DNA of 64,000 bases from Massalongia carnosa (Eukaryota). The position numbers and the translations under genes were made by a program. Positions 24,559-36,511 of the stretch are shown here, one piece after another. The notes under the pieces are model-generated. The model saw only the letters and a list, made by a program, of their open reading frames with translations, was not told the origin of the DNA and did no database searches. The DNA lies in NCBI GenBank assembly GCA_965645245.1, contig OZ287078.1:744001-808000 (forward strand), in the 5' to 3' direction. The first letter of the stretch is position 1. Every line of letters begins with the position of its first letter.

Positions 24559-27500
24559 ACTCCAGGCTAGTGTCTGGGATCTGGTGTCTGTTGTCGTTTC
24601 GTCTCTTCGGCGGCGGGTTCTAGGTGTCGGTATCAATATCTGGTGTCTTCGTGTTTGTCAGGTGAATTCTTTTATATCCTTCACATGGGATAGCAGATTG
24701 AAGTCGATCTTTATTGTTATGTTACGGTCTACCTAGAGGCTAGTCATAGGGACGCCATGAACGAAAACAATAAAGATAAAGAGGAAAGAAAGACTCGAAA
24801 GGTCGGACTCGCCCCTATCCCTTCGTCTGGCAATTTGGCAGCCATTTAGGTAATATTCAATTTTACACGCGCCGTCTCCGGGTAATGACTAATAACTTTA
24901 ATCTGGCCAATCAGATTTTCCCTTTTCAACGATAATGGGTACAACACCTCAATCACCCCTCATGATCTATGTAAAATTTCCCAACATGCCTCCTTTTTGC
25001 AACATGGTCCACAGCTCTTACATTGCCATCTGGTCTGACTTGCACGTCGTCTTTTGGTGCAATTTTCATCAATTTCCGCAAGTGGTCGGCGTCGTTTGAG
25101 TCTTGGCACTTGCCTTTTGCAGGCCAAACAATAGTCCTTCTTATTCAAATGCTCCCATTTGCAAGTTGACTCGACGTCTTTATTAACGTCTTGATTAGTA
25201 GTAACTATGACATCTGTCGGACGTTTCCGTAGGGCACCGGCTTGATTGGATAGTAGGGCATTTACTATTTCTTTTTGAAAGTCCAAATGGCTGAGTGTTG
25301 AATTCGGATACAGAATTCTCCACAATTTGAAGGCATTTAGAACGGCTGCATCCAGAAGAAAGATGAAAATTGACCACCAGTAGCGACGATCAGATCTTTG
25401 AGATGAATAATATGTTCTTTGCTGAGCATTCCCATCTGACCCGCCCATGTGCTGGTTATATTCCACGATGGGCATGGGAAATGGAAGCTTTTCTTCTTCA
25501 TCATCAACGATGACTCTGGAATTTGCAGGAATTCCATGACGTCGACGGGAATTCTTGTAGAAAGAAGTCTTCAAACCCTCAATTGTATGAACCGTGGTCA
25601 TGAATTGCACGGTGTTTAAATCCACCCATGCCATACACAGAATGTCCCCGTCATTAATGTTTGATTTTTTACTTTTATTTGCAGGTACCGTCATCAATGC
25701 CTTCTTTCCCCAGTCCTTATTCTTGGTTGCTGCAACCCTCAGACGTAGAAGATCAACAGGAAAACCGCATCCTGATTTAGCCGTCCCACAGGCACCAATT
25801 CCAATGGTTTTCAGAGCTTTGAATAGCTTCGTATTTGTGAAGAAGTTGTCCAGAAAGATGACGTATTTCAATCATTCATCAGACGGTAAACTTCGAGCCA
25901 GTTGAATGACGACTAGGGAGGAAGGAGACAAATCCCATTTGGTTGTCGGAAATTTCAATTGTCCAGGCGTTTTTAACTCACTAATTTTGGACACCTGTCT
26001 TGCAATTAGTACGATGCAAATTGAGGCCTTTTCTACTCACCTTGGAGGTAAATAAGAAGTCAAAAAGATAATTTTCCTGACATAAACTATAGATTTTGAA
26101 GCCTACACCAGCCGCCTTGGTGGCTATTTGCATAGTATGGCAGCTCCTACCCCTGAATAAAATCAATTGCTCGTCAACTGACACATGACTTCCAGGAATC
26201 CAGTATTTCTTTGATGCTTTTCGAAAGTCTGTGGCCAATGGTTCCAGCTTTTTCCACCAATCAGGGCCTCGAGTATCAATGATCTCATCTTCGTCGGGGT
26301 TGGATATCTTAAAAAATCGCTTGAGTTGCTCCCATCTTCGAAGACTCATGGCTTGAATCACCATGTCATGTATGGCAAATTTAGGAGACGTGTTCCAATA
26401 GTCAGTAAGACGTGGCATCAGTGTATACCCCATATATAACAGAATTCCCAGAAAAGTTCCTACTTCAGAAGAAGAGGTGTCATGCCATTGACGTCTCTTG
26501 ATGTCGTTTAGGGCATACTTCTTTTTCGCTTTAAGATTGGTGTTTTTAGCTATTGTGATAGGGTGAATAGGGACAAGGGCAGGTGCTGAGGGGAGGGGGG
26601 GGGGATTGGTGTGGACGGAGCGGAGGGGAGGTTTTTCCGGGGCTAAGGCGCCCATTTTTCTATAGATAGGGGAAGTTTCACCCTCTAGACAGACAGGCAA
26701 TCAACATTTTTCTTTCCTTCAGAGTCAGTATTCGTGTCCGAGTGACAGTGTCAGAGTGGCCGAGTCGTCACCGCCAACGTTCTGTTTGTTGTTTTCACGT
26801 GTGTTCCTTGTTTGCTTTCTGCTGGTCTTCTCTCCTTGAGGTCATCACGTATGCACCACCCACGACTACCCCTCTTCATTGGCGACCACGGTGCGATGAC
26901 CTTTTGAGGCTATTCGGTAGAAGCAAGAGTCTAGAGAGATCAACGAGTGCAGATTCGAACGAAAAGAGAGTGGGAACGCGTTTGACCCTGAAAAAGCCAA
27001 GAGTTCAAAAGGGGCGGGGCACGGATCGTGAACTAACCTTTAGAGTGTTTCTTATTTCTTTGTTTGATAGTGGGATCGAGTTCGACCTTGATGTTCTAGA
27101 CCGAAGGCGGTGACCAATTGGAAGTCTAAGAAGCAATCCGCGGGACGACGCAAGCCATACTTTACCCTTTTTGGAAGCATCGTCGGGTTTTAGCGAGTGG
27201 CGAATCCCGAAAAACCTCAATACTGGTGGCAGCGGCCTATGCGACGGCGCGTCTCGACTAACGAAAAATGGTTACTATTTCACTACAAGTTCCCGATTCC
27301 ATGCTGTTATGGCTCGGCAAAAAATATCTCCAAGAGGTCCGAGACATGGAGCCATTGTTCCGAGAGTACTATAAGACTGAGCCTTTCGGCCGCGTAAAGA
27401 AGAGACGCGACAAAAAGACAGAGAAAAATCAGAGAGTGAGCAGAAAAGAAAATTCGAAAAAAGTTCATCGTTCTGTTATTAGAAAATCGAGATCCCGAAA

Positions 27501-27701
27501 TTTTCCTTGTGTTTCTTACCCCCCCAGTTTAGTGCCTCATTCCTTGGAGCAATTGGGTACAGTATACGACAAGTCTTACAGTGAGCTGATCATGTCCAAT
27601 AGTGACCCTTTAGCCTGCGACCGGAGACACTCGAACAAAAATCCGAAGACTCTACTCCTGACGCCTCCATACGTTCAGAAAAAGCTCCTGCCGGTGAGCC
27701 T

Positions 27702-30143
27702 GTGTACCAACCGACGGCGGAATTGCCACCACCTCCTGCTATAGGACCGTTCCCGATGGACCCGCGTTTTTATATGGCCTTACCTCACCCTGGTTCCCCT
27801 GGAACGCCCTTTTTCACGGGAGGAAATGTCACCGATTTCCTGGATCGCTATCTTCTTATGTGTCGCGACTACCGACTCGCCGAAGATCAAATTATTCCAC
27901 GTTTGCCCTGGTACTGTGAGAACCTGATAGGCCAGAACGTCAAGTCTATGATCGAGTTTACCTCTGGTGATTGGGACAGCCTAGCCAAGGCAATGCGCAA
28001 GGAATACCGTCATAATGACACCTCGCAACAAGTCAACTCTCGAGCTTTTCTGGAAGCACTAAAGAATAAGCCTCGCATGGAGGAGGATGACATACCGCTA
28101 TATTGTCGTCGTTTTGTGGCTATTTGCAGGCAGCTTCCTGGCGGCCAAAGGCTTGACAATTTCACTCAATGTTCATGGTTTGTTCAAGGTTTACCGGAGA
28201 AATTATGTTCGGAGCTATTCATGCGATATGATATTGACCTAGAAGGCGACGAACCCCTGATGCTCGATACTTTGGTCCAGTACACTATAACTCTGGCTAC
28301 CTCAAGTCAGCGCCTGAGAGATCTAGTACGAGGAGATAAGGAACAAGATAAGATTAGTGCCTTGGTGGATGATTATGGACGGGCAGCGAGCAAGCAAAAA
28401 GCCTCTCCTCCTAGTTCTTCTCTTACACAAGCGCCTATAGCCCCTCCGGTGATAGATACCAGGGCTATTATGAATAGCGCTATCGAGGGAATTACCCACG
28501 GTGTTAAAGATATGATGTTGTCCACTGTGACTGCGGTGACCTCTAACATACAGAGCAATGTGATGCAAGCGCCCCTACCGGGCCCACGACCTTACCGACC
28601 GTATCAGCCTCCCCCACTTCAGCAAACTTTCCAATCTGCCCCTACTGTAGTGCCAGAACAAACGACGTCGCAGCCTAGAAATGCACAGCCATCTTCTTCT
28701 CTGATCCCTCCCCAGGCACAAACGAACTCTGCTGGTGGCAATTACTCATCTTCGAACCCTCAACGTTGCAACTATTGTTGGTCTACTGATCATAGAGGCC
28801 GCTGGCAGTGCTCTGATTATAGGGCTGACCTCTCCAGCAATCGTATACATTTAAACTTCGAGGGTCGGATATGTGTAGGACCTCCGAACCCAGGCGCACG
28901 TCCCGTACAGATGAGGCTGGACCGTTCTCAAAGACAGTGTGTGGCAGAGTCCGAACGGCTTCGCTATTCTGCCCCTGCGGCCACGGTTGAAGCTAATACG
29001 GTGCGTGTTGGAGAGCTCAAACCTGATGAGTTGTCTAGTGAAGATGAGAGTTGGGACGACAAAGCTTTTGGCCTTTGCATTGTGGAACATCGCACGGATA
29101 GTACCAAGGAGGCAATAGTAAACGCCGCCCGAGTCAATGAGAAGCCGAAGAGTACCGCCAATTTTCATGAGCCAGTTCGCCGGATATTGAAACGAAAAGT
29201 TGAGAAAGAGGAAAAGCTTCCTACTCCAAAGAATACGAGATTTGGTAGTTGGCAGCAAGTGACTGTGGAAGATGCGACAGAAGATACTGACATGGAAGAA
29301 GTTGAGGAGTTTGTGACTTATCCAAATGGAACACCGGAGGTTTCTTCTACGAAGAAAAACGTGACTTTTGCGGACAATAAGAAGAAAGCTATAGCCGATA
29401 AGAAGGAGACTTCGTCTGAGCCTAAAGTAGTGGAAATTGATGAGGCCAAGGAGAAGCCTCCTCGAGCTCTCCGTTTGCCAGAGCTGACAAAAATCGACAT
29501 GGATGATGAAACACTGATGAAAAAGGTGACTCAAATACCGATAACCATGCCCTTGTCCGAGTTATGGTCCATATCCCCTCGGGTGCGAGAGCTCTTTTCC
29601 AAGCCTATAAAGCATCCTAAACCTCCGACCGCGCATGTTAGTTCACTGGGCGTTAGCGATGAAGCGATGATGGGTAGCGGACAGATTCCGAAGCTTTTGT
29701 ATTCCTTATCCACTCCTAAGGCTCCTGTTCGATTAGAAGGCTTTCTCAAAAGTGTAGCTCTTCTAGATTCTGGCGCGGAAGTCAATGTGATGACCTCTAA
29801 GCTTATGCATCAAGCTGGACTATCCTGGAGACCGGCTCCTCACTTGGGTTTGGTTTCTCACACCGGGCACCGAAAACACTTCGATGGAGTATGCGAGAAT
29901 GTTGAGATAAACATTGGGGGTCTAAAGAGTTTTCAACAGGTGTTTGTACTGGACTCCGCGGATCATCAACTGGTCCTGGGTGCGCCTTTCTTGTTTATGG
30001 TGGAGCTGCAGTATGAGTACCGTCCTCAGGGAGCTTTTGCGGTCATCAAGAACTGTACTGGTCATAAGTCCGTCTTGTTCCGAGCTATTGATTATCAAGA
30101 CGAAGGCAACCGGCAGGAGGAGGACATTTTTCCTTTAAACTAG
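27702..30143 (+). CDS. Gypsy #2 ORF1: Gag plus aspartic protease
   Basis: PFFTGGNVTDFLDRY, CNYCWSTDH..C knuckle, LLDSGAEVNVM, LVLGAPF. True start uncertain. Confidence 0.8.
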   Translation: MYQPTAELPPPPAIGPFPMDPRFYMALPHPGSPGTPFFTGGNVTDFLDRYLLMCRDYRLAEDQIIPRLPWYCENLIGQNVKSMIEFTSGDWDSLAKAMRKEYRHNDTSQQVNSRAFLEALKNKPRMEEDDIPLYCRRFVAICRQLPGGQRLDNFTQCSWFVQGLPEKLCSELFMRYDIDLEGDEPLMLDTLVQYTITLATSSQRLRDLVRGDKEQDKISALVDDYGRAASKQKASPPSSSLTQAPIAPPVIDTRAIMNSAIEGITHGVKDMMLSTVTAVTSNIQSNVMQAPLPGPRPYRPYQPPPLQQTFQSAPTVVPEQTTSQPRNAQPSSSLIPPQAQTNSAGGNYSSSNPQRCNYCWSTDHRGRWQCSDYRADLSSNRIHLNFEGRICVGPPNPGARPVQMRLDRSQRQCVAESERLRYSAPAATVEANTVRVGELKPDELSSEDESWDDKAFGLCIVEHRTDSTKEAIVNAARVNEKPKSTANFHEPVRRILKRKVEKEEKLPTPKNTRFGSWQQVTVEDATEDTDMEEVEEFVTYPNGTPEVSSTKKNVTFADNKKKAIADKKETSSEPKVVEIDEAKEKPPRALRLPELTKIDMDDETLMKKVTQIPITMPLSELWSISPRVRELFSKPIKHPKPPTAHVSSLGVSDEAMMGSGQIPKLLYSLSTPKAPVRLEGFLKSVALLDSGAEVNVMTSKLMHQAGLSWRPAPHLGLVSHTGHRKHFDGVCENVEINIGGLKSFQQVFVLDSADHQLVLGAPFLFMVELQYEYRPQGAFAVIKNCTGHKSVLFRAIDYQDEGNRQEEDIFPLN

Positions 30144-33100
30144 AATGCAGGCGAGCTGTCGGGGGTTTGTCTGCGGCGTGGAGTTCGAATAGCCCGAGGA
30201 AGAAAGAAAAGCGCGCTAGTCCCAATGCGTCACTTAATCTTGGATTAAGTAACCGATTAGGCCTAGTGCACCGTTCTGACGCTAAATCCAAAGTAGCTGC
30301 AGCTTGCATCCTTAGCGGAAGGCTTAGGGTTGGAACATCCACTAGTCCGCATTGGGTGGTTGTACCCAGTTTTGATATTGGGCAGGAGTTTCGGTTATCA
30401 CGCAAGTTTGATTTATTTTCGGTTTCGCAAGCAAGAGATAGAGATAGGGAGTTTGTTCGGGTTGATGGAGCATACAAGAGAAAGGGTGATAAAGTGCGCC
30501 CGGCGGAAAGATGGATTTCTGACGGTTCAATGCCTGGGGGGATGCCTGATTGGAGAGAAAGAGCTTTGGAGAGGGAAAGAGCGATGCCTAGGTTGCCCAA
30601 CGAAAAATATCCAGGGTGGTTGATACCGAAATTCTCACGTATGGCGCGAGGAGCACGATTGACTCCAGAAAGATTGCAAAAGATTCGAGTAGGGGATGGG
30701 TTGTCCATGGAAGAGAGAGACCTTTTGGCCGAAGTCCTACACGGTAGGGAAGCTGCACTCGCTTGGGACTTTTCAGAGATGGGACTGGTCCGACCAGAAG
30801 TGGCGCCTCCGCAGGAGATCCGTACGATCGAGCATAAGCCTTGGCAGCATCCTGGTTTCGCTATTCCAATATCACTACAGGAGAAGACCATCGAAATGGT
30901 AAAAGAGCGATCGGAGCAATAGAACCTTGCCATGGTCATTATCGCAATGCTTGGTATGTCATAGGGAAAAAGGAGAAGGGAAAATATAGGCTCATCAATG
31001 CCTGCATGGAAATGAACAGAGTTACCTTGCGGGACGCCACTTTACCTCCTATGGCGGACGATTTTGCTGAGAACTTCGCGGGATGTTCGGTAGCGTCGTT
31101 GGTGGACTGGTTTTCCGGATATGATCAAATTTCGCTAGAAATCAAGAGCAGAGACTATACAGCTTTTCAGACGGCACTAGGACTCATGAGGATGACTCGA
31201 CTTCCTCAAGGAGCCACCAATTCCGTGGGACAATTTGTTAGGATAAATAATCAAATCCTGCAGGCTCAGATACCTCATAATGCGGAACCTTTCGTGGATG
31301 ATGTGGGAGTCAAAGGGCCCAAGACAAAGTATGACAATGAAATGGTCGCCCCTGGTATCCGCCGATTTATAAAGGAACATCTTCAGGCGCTGGACGAGGT
31401 TCTAGCCGATTATGAGAGAGCTGGTGTGATTATCTCGGGGGCAAAATCACAATTTGCCATGCCTGGGATCCGTATTGTTGGTTATATTTGTGACTATGAC
31501 GGTCGACATCCAGATACTGCCAAGGTCATAAAAATTGTTGATTGGCCTCCTTGTCAGGATGTTACCGGTGCACGAGCTTTCATCGGTGTTTGCGTGTACT
31601 ATCGTATATGAATCTTTGAGTTTGCCATCGTCGCTGAGCCTATCTACCGTCTGTTCAAAAAGAAGATCCTTTTTGTTTGGGGAGTAGAGCAACAGGAAGC
31701 CATGGATAAGCTGAAACTTGCGTTGACTACCTCTCCGGCACTGCGGTCGCTGGATTATTCGATAGGAGCTGGGCTCATCATTTTGGGAGTGGATTCGAGT
31801 GGTAAGGGATGGGGTGCCGTCTTGATGCAGGAGTGGGAGGGCAAGCGACACCCTTCGCGATATGAAAGTGGTATTTGGTCCGACACCGAAAAGTCCTATG
31901 ATGCGACGAAGAGAGAGTGTAGAGGGGTCTTGAAGGCTCTCAAGAAGGTCCGCAACTATCTTTATGGAGTACATTTCTTGTTGGAGACAGATGCTTCGGT
32001 GCTTGTGGCTCAATTAAATCGTGGAGGGACGGATTTGCCAGGTGCGCTTGTTACCAGATGGATAGCTTGGATTCAGCTCTTCGACTTTGACGTGAAGCAC
32101 GTTGCGGGTAAAAAGCATACAGCAGCAGATGGACTGTCTCGTAAACCCCCTACCGAAGACGATATACGGGAGAGAGAGATGGAAGAAGACATAGAAGATT
32201 TTATTGATGCAGAATTAGGCTCTCTAAGAGTTGCCCCTATTTCCGTTACAGACGAACTGCCCTTAGAGGAGAGTTATTCAGAAAAATCTCAACAAATCGC
32301 TGCCTATCTTACGAGTTTACAGAGACCGGCCGGCATGGGAAGGAAAGAGTTTTACAAGTTCAAGAAAGAAGCGATGAGATACTGTGTGCAGGGGAGAAAG
32401 CTGTTTCGACGAAACAACAAAAATGTCCCCATACGAAGAGTTGTAGATGACGACAAGGAGAGACAGGAGATTATGGAAAAACTACATGATGAGAGTGGTC
32501 ACAAAGGGAGAGAAGGGACCTACCGTAGGATTGCTGACTGCTACTGGTGGGAGGACCTTCATGCTCATGTAAAGGCCTACGTACGAAGTTGCGAGAGATG
32601 TCAAATGCGGGACCCTACACGGCAGGAAGAAGCTCTACATCCTACCTGGATAAGTCTTTGTTGGGCCAAAGTAGGTCTGGATGTTGTGTACATGCCTTCA
32701 AGGGAGGGCAAGAAGTTCCTGGTGGCTGCTAGAGATGATCTTTCAGGCTGGGTAGAAGCTCGGGCAATAGGAAATGCCAATTCGTTGTCGGTCCCTAGGT
32801 TCCTTTGGGAAGATGTCATCTGCCGTCATGGTTGTTTTGGCCGCTTGATTGTAGATAGAGGGCCGAAAAACAAGGATTTAGTTGAAGAACTCACAGCGCG
32901 ATACGGAATTAAGAGGGTCCAGGTGTCTTCTTATCACCCACAGGCCAATGGTATGATCGAGAGGGGCCATAGACCCATTGTTGATGCACTGTCCAAGATG
33001 ACCGATGGAGGGTTGGGAAATTGGGTCGAGAACCTACCCGCTGTATTATGGGCTGACCGTTCCACTGTCAAGAGTACCACCGGCTTATCCCCATATTATG

Positions 33101-33660
33101 TGACCTGTGGCAGTGAACCTGTTCTACCGATTGAGTTGGAGGTACCTACCTGGCGTATTCTTCCTTGGAGTGAGGTTCATACAACTGCCGAGCTATTAGC
33201 TATGAGAGCTCGTCAGCTTCAGAGGCGGGAGGAGGATCTTGAGGAAGCTGTGCATCATTTACAGCGCATGAGGATGGAAGGAAAAGAGGAGTTTGATGAT
33301 GCGCACCTAATTAGAGCCAAAGAGCTAAAGAAAGGAGACTTAGTACTGCTCCATGACACCAAGAGAGATGCGGTGATGTCTACCTCCGTCAAACTGGCCT
33401 ATCGATGGTTGGGACCATACAGGATACATGAAGCTAAACCCGAGAAGGGGACATACCTTCTAGCAGAATTGGACGGGACGGTCTTGGCTAACACCTTTGC
33501 GGGCAATCGGTTGAAAGAATTCCACCCCAGACAAGACCTTACTCGTATTACGACTCCGGAGCATGACACAGAAGAAGTCAACATTGATCCCAGACAGCAT
33601 GCAATTCCCGAAGGTTGGCCGTTAGCGGTAGTTGTTCCTCCGATCTCCGGCATAGCATAG
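30134..33660 (+). pseudogene. Gypsy #2 ORF2: RT-RNaseH-integrase, entered by -1 frameshift; small deletion near 30915 and TGA at 31609
   Basis: DWFSGYDQ, LPQGATNS, FVDD, GVDSS, ETDAS, H..GH..CERC, RDDLSGW, YHPQANGMIE, WLGPY. Confidence 0.9.
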
Positions 33661-33940
33661 ACCGAGTGTGTGTGTGTTTCTGACTGTAGTCGCTCTTTCA
33701 TGATGATTTTCCTTTGTATAAGTGAAGAAGTGAGAGTTTCCTTGGATTTGAACTTCACGTATTGACCAATTTCCTCCCTCACCTAAAGACGTAGCCATAA
33801 GAACTCCTCACGTCTTGTGTTCTCTCCTTCCTCAGCTTTCATATTTTTATCAATCATCAGCAAAACCTTTACACCTAGTACAACTCCTCTCTTCTCATAT
33901 TTACATCTGCCTTTCCATAACCTGATTGTGTGTTCCCATC

Positions 33941-34468
33941 ATGACCTTCTCTGAGTTCCAGGTGGTCAAGATACGGGCCGGGGATAGAGAGTTCCCCACC
34001 CTAGATAGTGCGATTGCCTACCTGGGCACATTACCACCACCAGTACGCCTTCAGGTACAGGAGTTAGTGGCCGGGTCGCTAGAAGAAATGGGCGCACATT
34101 TTGAGGACACTGTAGCAAAATTCTGGGACTACTTAGAGTCCGATGGAACCATGAATGAACTGGTTACGGGGCGGAGTGGCCTGAGGGAGAGATTCGGATA
34201 TGTGAAGACGGAGGCCGGGGAGTTGTGCGCCGGACACGGGGGGAAAGATACTCGGGGAAGCGAAGAGACAAGAAGAGGACGAGAGATGCGCATGCACGGC
34301 ACCAGAAGAGTGGGTAGCAGACCTGGAGGGGGAGGGGGAGGGGGAATCGAGCTCCACCCGGAGTATCGAGCTCCTCTCCTTCCATCAGTATGGATCCATA
34401 GGTTTGTGTGTTCGTCACGTGAATATGCTTGCTGCCCTATTCGGACTAAAAACTCCTATCGAACCTAA
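33941..34468 (+). CDS. Putative ORF3 of Gypsy #2, unknown function (3' part possibly frameshifted)
   Basis: ATG follows a pyrimidine-rich leader. The first ~90 aa look globular (FPTLDSAIAYLGTLPPPVRLQVQELV..FWDYLESDG). Confidence 0.4.
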   Translation: MTFSEFQVVKIRAGDREFPTLDSAIAYLGTLPPPVRLQVQELVAGSLEEMGAHFEDTVAKFWDYLESDGTMNELVTGRSGLRERFGYVKTEAGELCAGHGGKDTRGSEETRRGREMRMHGTRRVGSRPGGGGGGGIELHPEYRAPLLPSVWIHRFVCSSREYACCPIRTKNSYRT

Positions 34469-36511
34469 GGAACAGGTGAGGCGGTTAACAAGGTTGTAGG
34501 CAGAAAGGAAGAGAGGGGTGGACCGCTTGCGGTCCATGCCCGAGACGGACACGTGGTGGGACTTGGGAGCGCCGCCGACTGGGTGGGCGGATAGTACAGG
34601 CAGACATTGATGCCAGGGGACGGCATCAATGGAGGTCTGTGGGTGTGTGATAGGGTAAATAGGGACAAGGGCAGGTGCTGAGGAGAGGGGGGGAGATTGG
34701 TGTGGACGGAGCGGAGGGGAGGTTTTTCCGGGGCTAAGGCGCCCATTTTTCTATAGATAGGGGAAGTTTCACCCTCTAGACAGACAGGCAATCAACATTT
34801 TTCTTTCCTTCAGAGTCAGTATTCGTGTCCGAGTGACAGTGTCAGAGTGGCCGAGTCGTCACCGCCAACGTTCTGTTTGTTGTTTTCACGTGTTGTTCCT
34901 TGTTTGCTTTCTGCCGGTCTTCTCTCCTTGAGGTCATCACGTATGCACCACCCACGACTACCCCTCTTCACTATGATTTCAAGCATTTCAAAGCTAAAAA
35001 AGAGGCTGAATAAACTGAAAGGAGTCTGATTTATCAAGCGCAACGTCTCGTCCGGCTGTGGTTTTCGAAATGGGATCGAAATTAGACAATAATTTGATGA
35101 CGGAGGGGGCATGGAGTCAATTATGCTTTGTACGCTGGGTATATTCTTTTTGGCCTGTTCTTTCAGAATTGAGGGGGGCAAAGCGTCTGATTGGTCAGGA
35201 ACTTCTATCTCAATGCCTCTCATGATTATTCTAAAGAAATTGTAGATGTTTTAATGATTTTCAACTGATGTTTACCTTCTTATTTACAAAAAAGGGGAGA
35301 ATGTTTTGAAGTTCGCGACTCAGCCCTACGGTATCTCACTAAGCCTATTTAAGGTGGCTGCCAAATTGCCAGACGAAGGGATAAAGCAATGCTTTCCCTA
35401 GTCCCCATGCAGTAAGGTCGCGAAAGAGTTTCCCGCGCTATCTCGTGACTCCCGCCAGCCGGCCAGCAACCGTTTCCGTAGGTGCTCGATTAGGCTTAGT
35501 TCCTAAAGGCAAAAGGTAGAATCGTGATACTCCGAATTAGTTGTTACTACGTTCTAGACTGCTTACAGATCAAACACCTGTCGAGGCCGTCGTGGTAGAT
35601 TGCCATGGAGTAAGGCGATCTCCTGTGGAGAAGCCGTGAACTCTATATGGAATCTACTGGCCTACTCGGAGCTACTCGATCTCTTGATGGATCAAGAGTT
35701 GTAGCAGGAGGCACGGCTAGCTGGACGCAGCTTGAGTTCGGCCTCCCCGGTGTAAACTTCAGCTTCAACCTTTATTGCTACGTTGGTAATGATGTCGGCT
35801 GAATGAACCTACATGACCTTGTGGTCTAGACCTTGGGTCCAGAGGCAGGTCCGCAGTGTAGATAGAGATTCAGTCGGAGGTAACCTTCTATCGCTACGTT
35901 AGTAGTGGTGACGGCGAAATGAAGCTACATAGCCTCGGCGTCTAGACTTTATATTTAGAGGCAGGCTAGCAATGTAGTAAGGGATCTAGCCGGAGGTAGA
36001 AGTGTTCTACCTTGCAAGGGAAGGTCTAGAAGGCTGCTCGAGGCTGACTAGATGATCAAGCGAACGCTGAGTTCGTAGATGGATCTTGACGGATGGTTAG
36101 ATGTAAGGCGATAAGGTCAGAAGTGGGTTGCAAGGCTCCTAAGGTTCCAAGGCTCCCAAGGCTATAGGCTTGGGGTGAGTAGGATAAATACCAGAACAAA
36201 TCCTGTAGGATTCGTTAGCAATTAGTCTTTATTCTATGAACAACCTACGTTTGGGTCTCGGACGAGATCTCTTGGTCTAAGCACTTCCACATCCATTAGT
36301 TCTTTGGATCACATATACTCTCGGAGACCAGCACGTACTAGCTATCTTCCACCTCTCACGCTGAGCATTTCCCCTTTCGAGATCAGTGTCGCTCGTGATA
36401 AGCTTACTGGTCTCGTAGCCCATTACATTTAGTTAATTTTGGGAATAGTAGAAGCATCGTAGTGATGTTGTTTTCTTTCTGATGGAGGGATAGTTGGCCT
36501 GGATATTTTTA

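Larger units (their letters stand above)
26554..34970 (+). mobile_element. Ty3/Gypsy #2 (no chromodomain; Ylt1-like by motif resemblance), full length
   Basis: 325-bp LTRs 26554-26878 and 34646-34970 differing at only a handful of sites. 4-bp TSD CTAT. PBS-like TGGCGACCACG at 26880. Confidence 0.92.
24960..35223 (-). pseudogene. piggyBac-type transposase (35223-34971 + 26553-24960), one intron near 25995-26040, one TGA
   Basis: FSLFF..EII|AKNTN rejoins across Gypsy #2. MSLRRWEQLKRF, SVDEQ, GFKIY, DNFFT, YNQHMGGSD, RYWWSIF, Cys-rich C-terminus. Confidence 0.88.
24819..35380 (-). mobile_element. piggyBac-like DNA transposon inserted in the Gypsy #1 LTR and split by Gypsy #2
   Basis: Perfect 26-bp TIRs CCCTTCGTCTGGCAATTTGGCAGCCA (24819-24844 and 35355-35380). 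Confidence 0.9.
19085..35529 (-). mobile_element. Ty3/Gypsy chromovirus #1; 5' LTR split by a piggyBac
   Basis: 246-bp LTRs (19085-19330; 24720-24818 + 35383-35529), TG..CA (CA>TA in one copy), 5-bp TSD CTCCG, PPT GCGGGGGTAG next to the 3' LTR. Confidence 0.92.
18951..36427. mobile_element. Degenerate ~1.0-kb solo LTR or LTR-element remnant (18951-19084 + 35535-36427) split by Gypsy #1
   Basis: TGTAAT...ATTACA termini with 5-bp TSD TTTAG (18946-18950 and 36428-36432). Rich in TAG/CTA. Confidence 0.7.

Noticed and set aside
25981..26700. ORF-track proteins starting MPVCLEGETSP (also 34465-34791)
   Set aside because: They start inside the Gypsy #2 LTR on the antisense strand. The fusion to the piggyBac frame is a by-product of the insertion.
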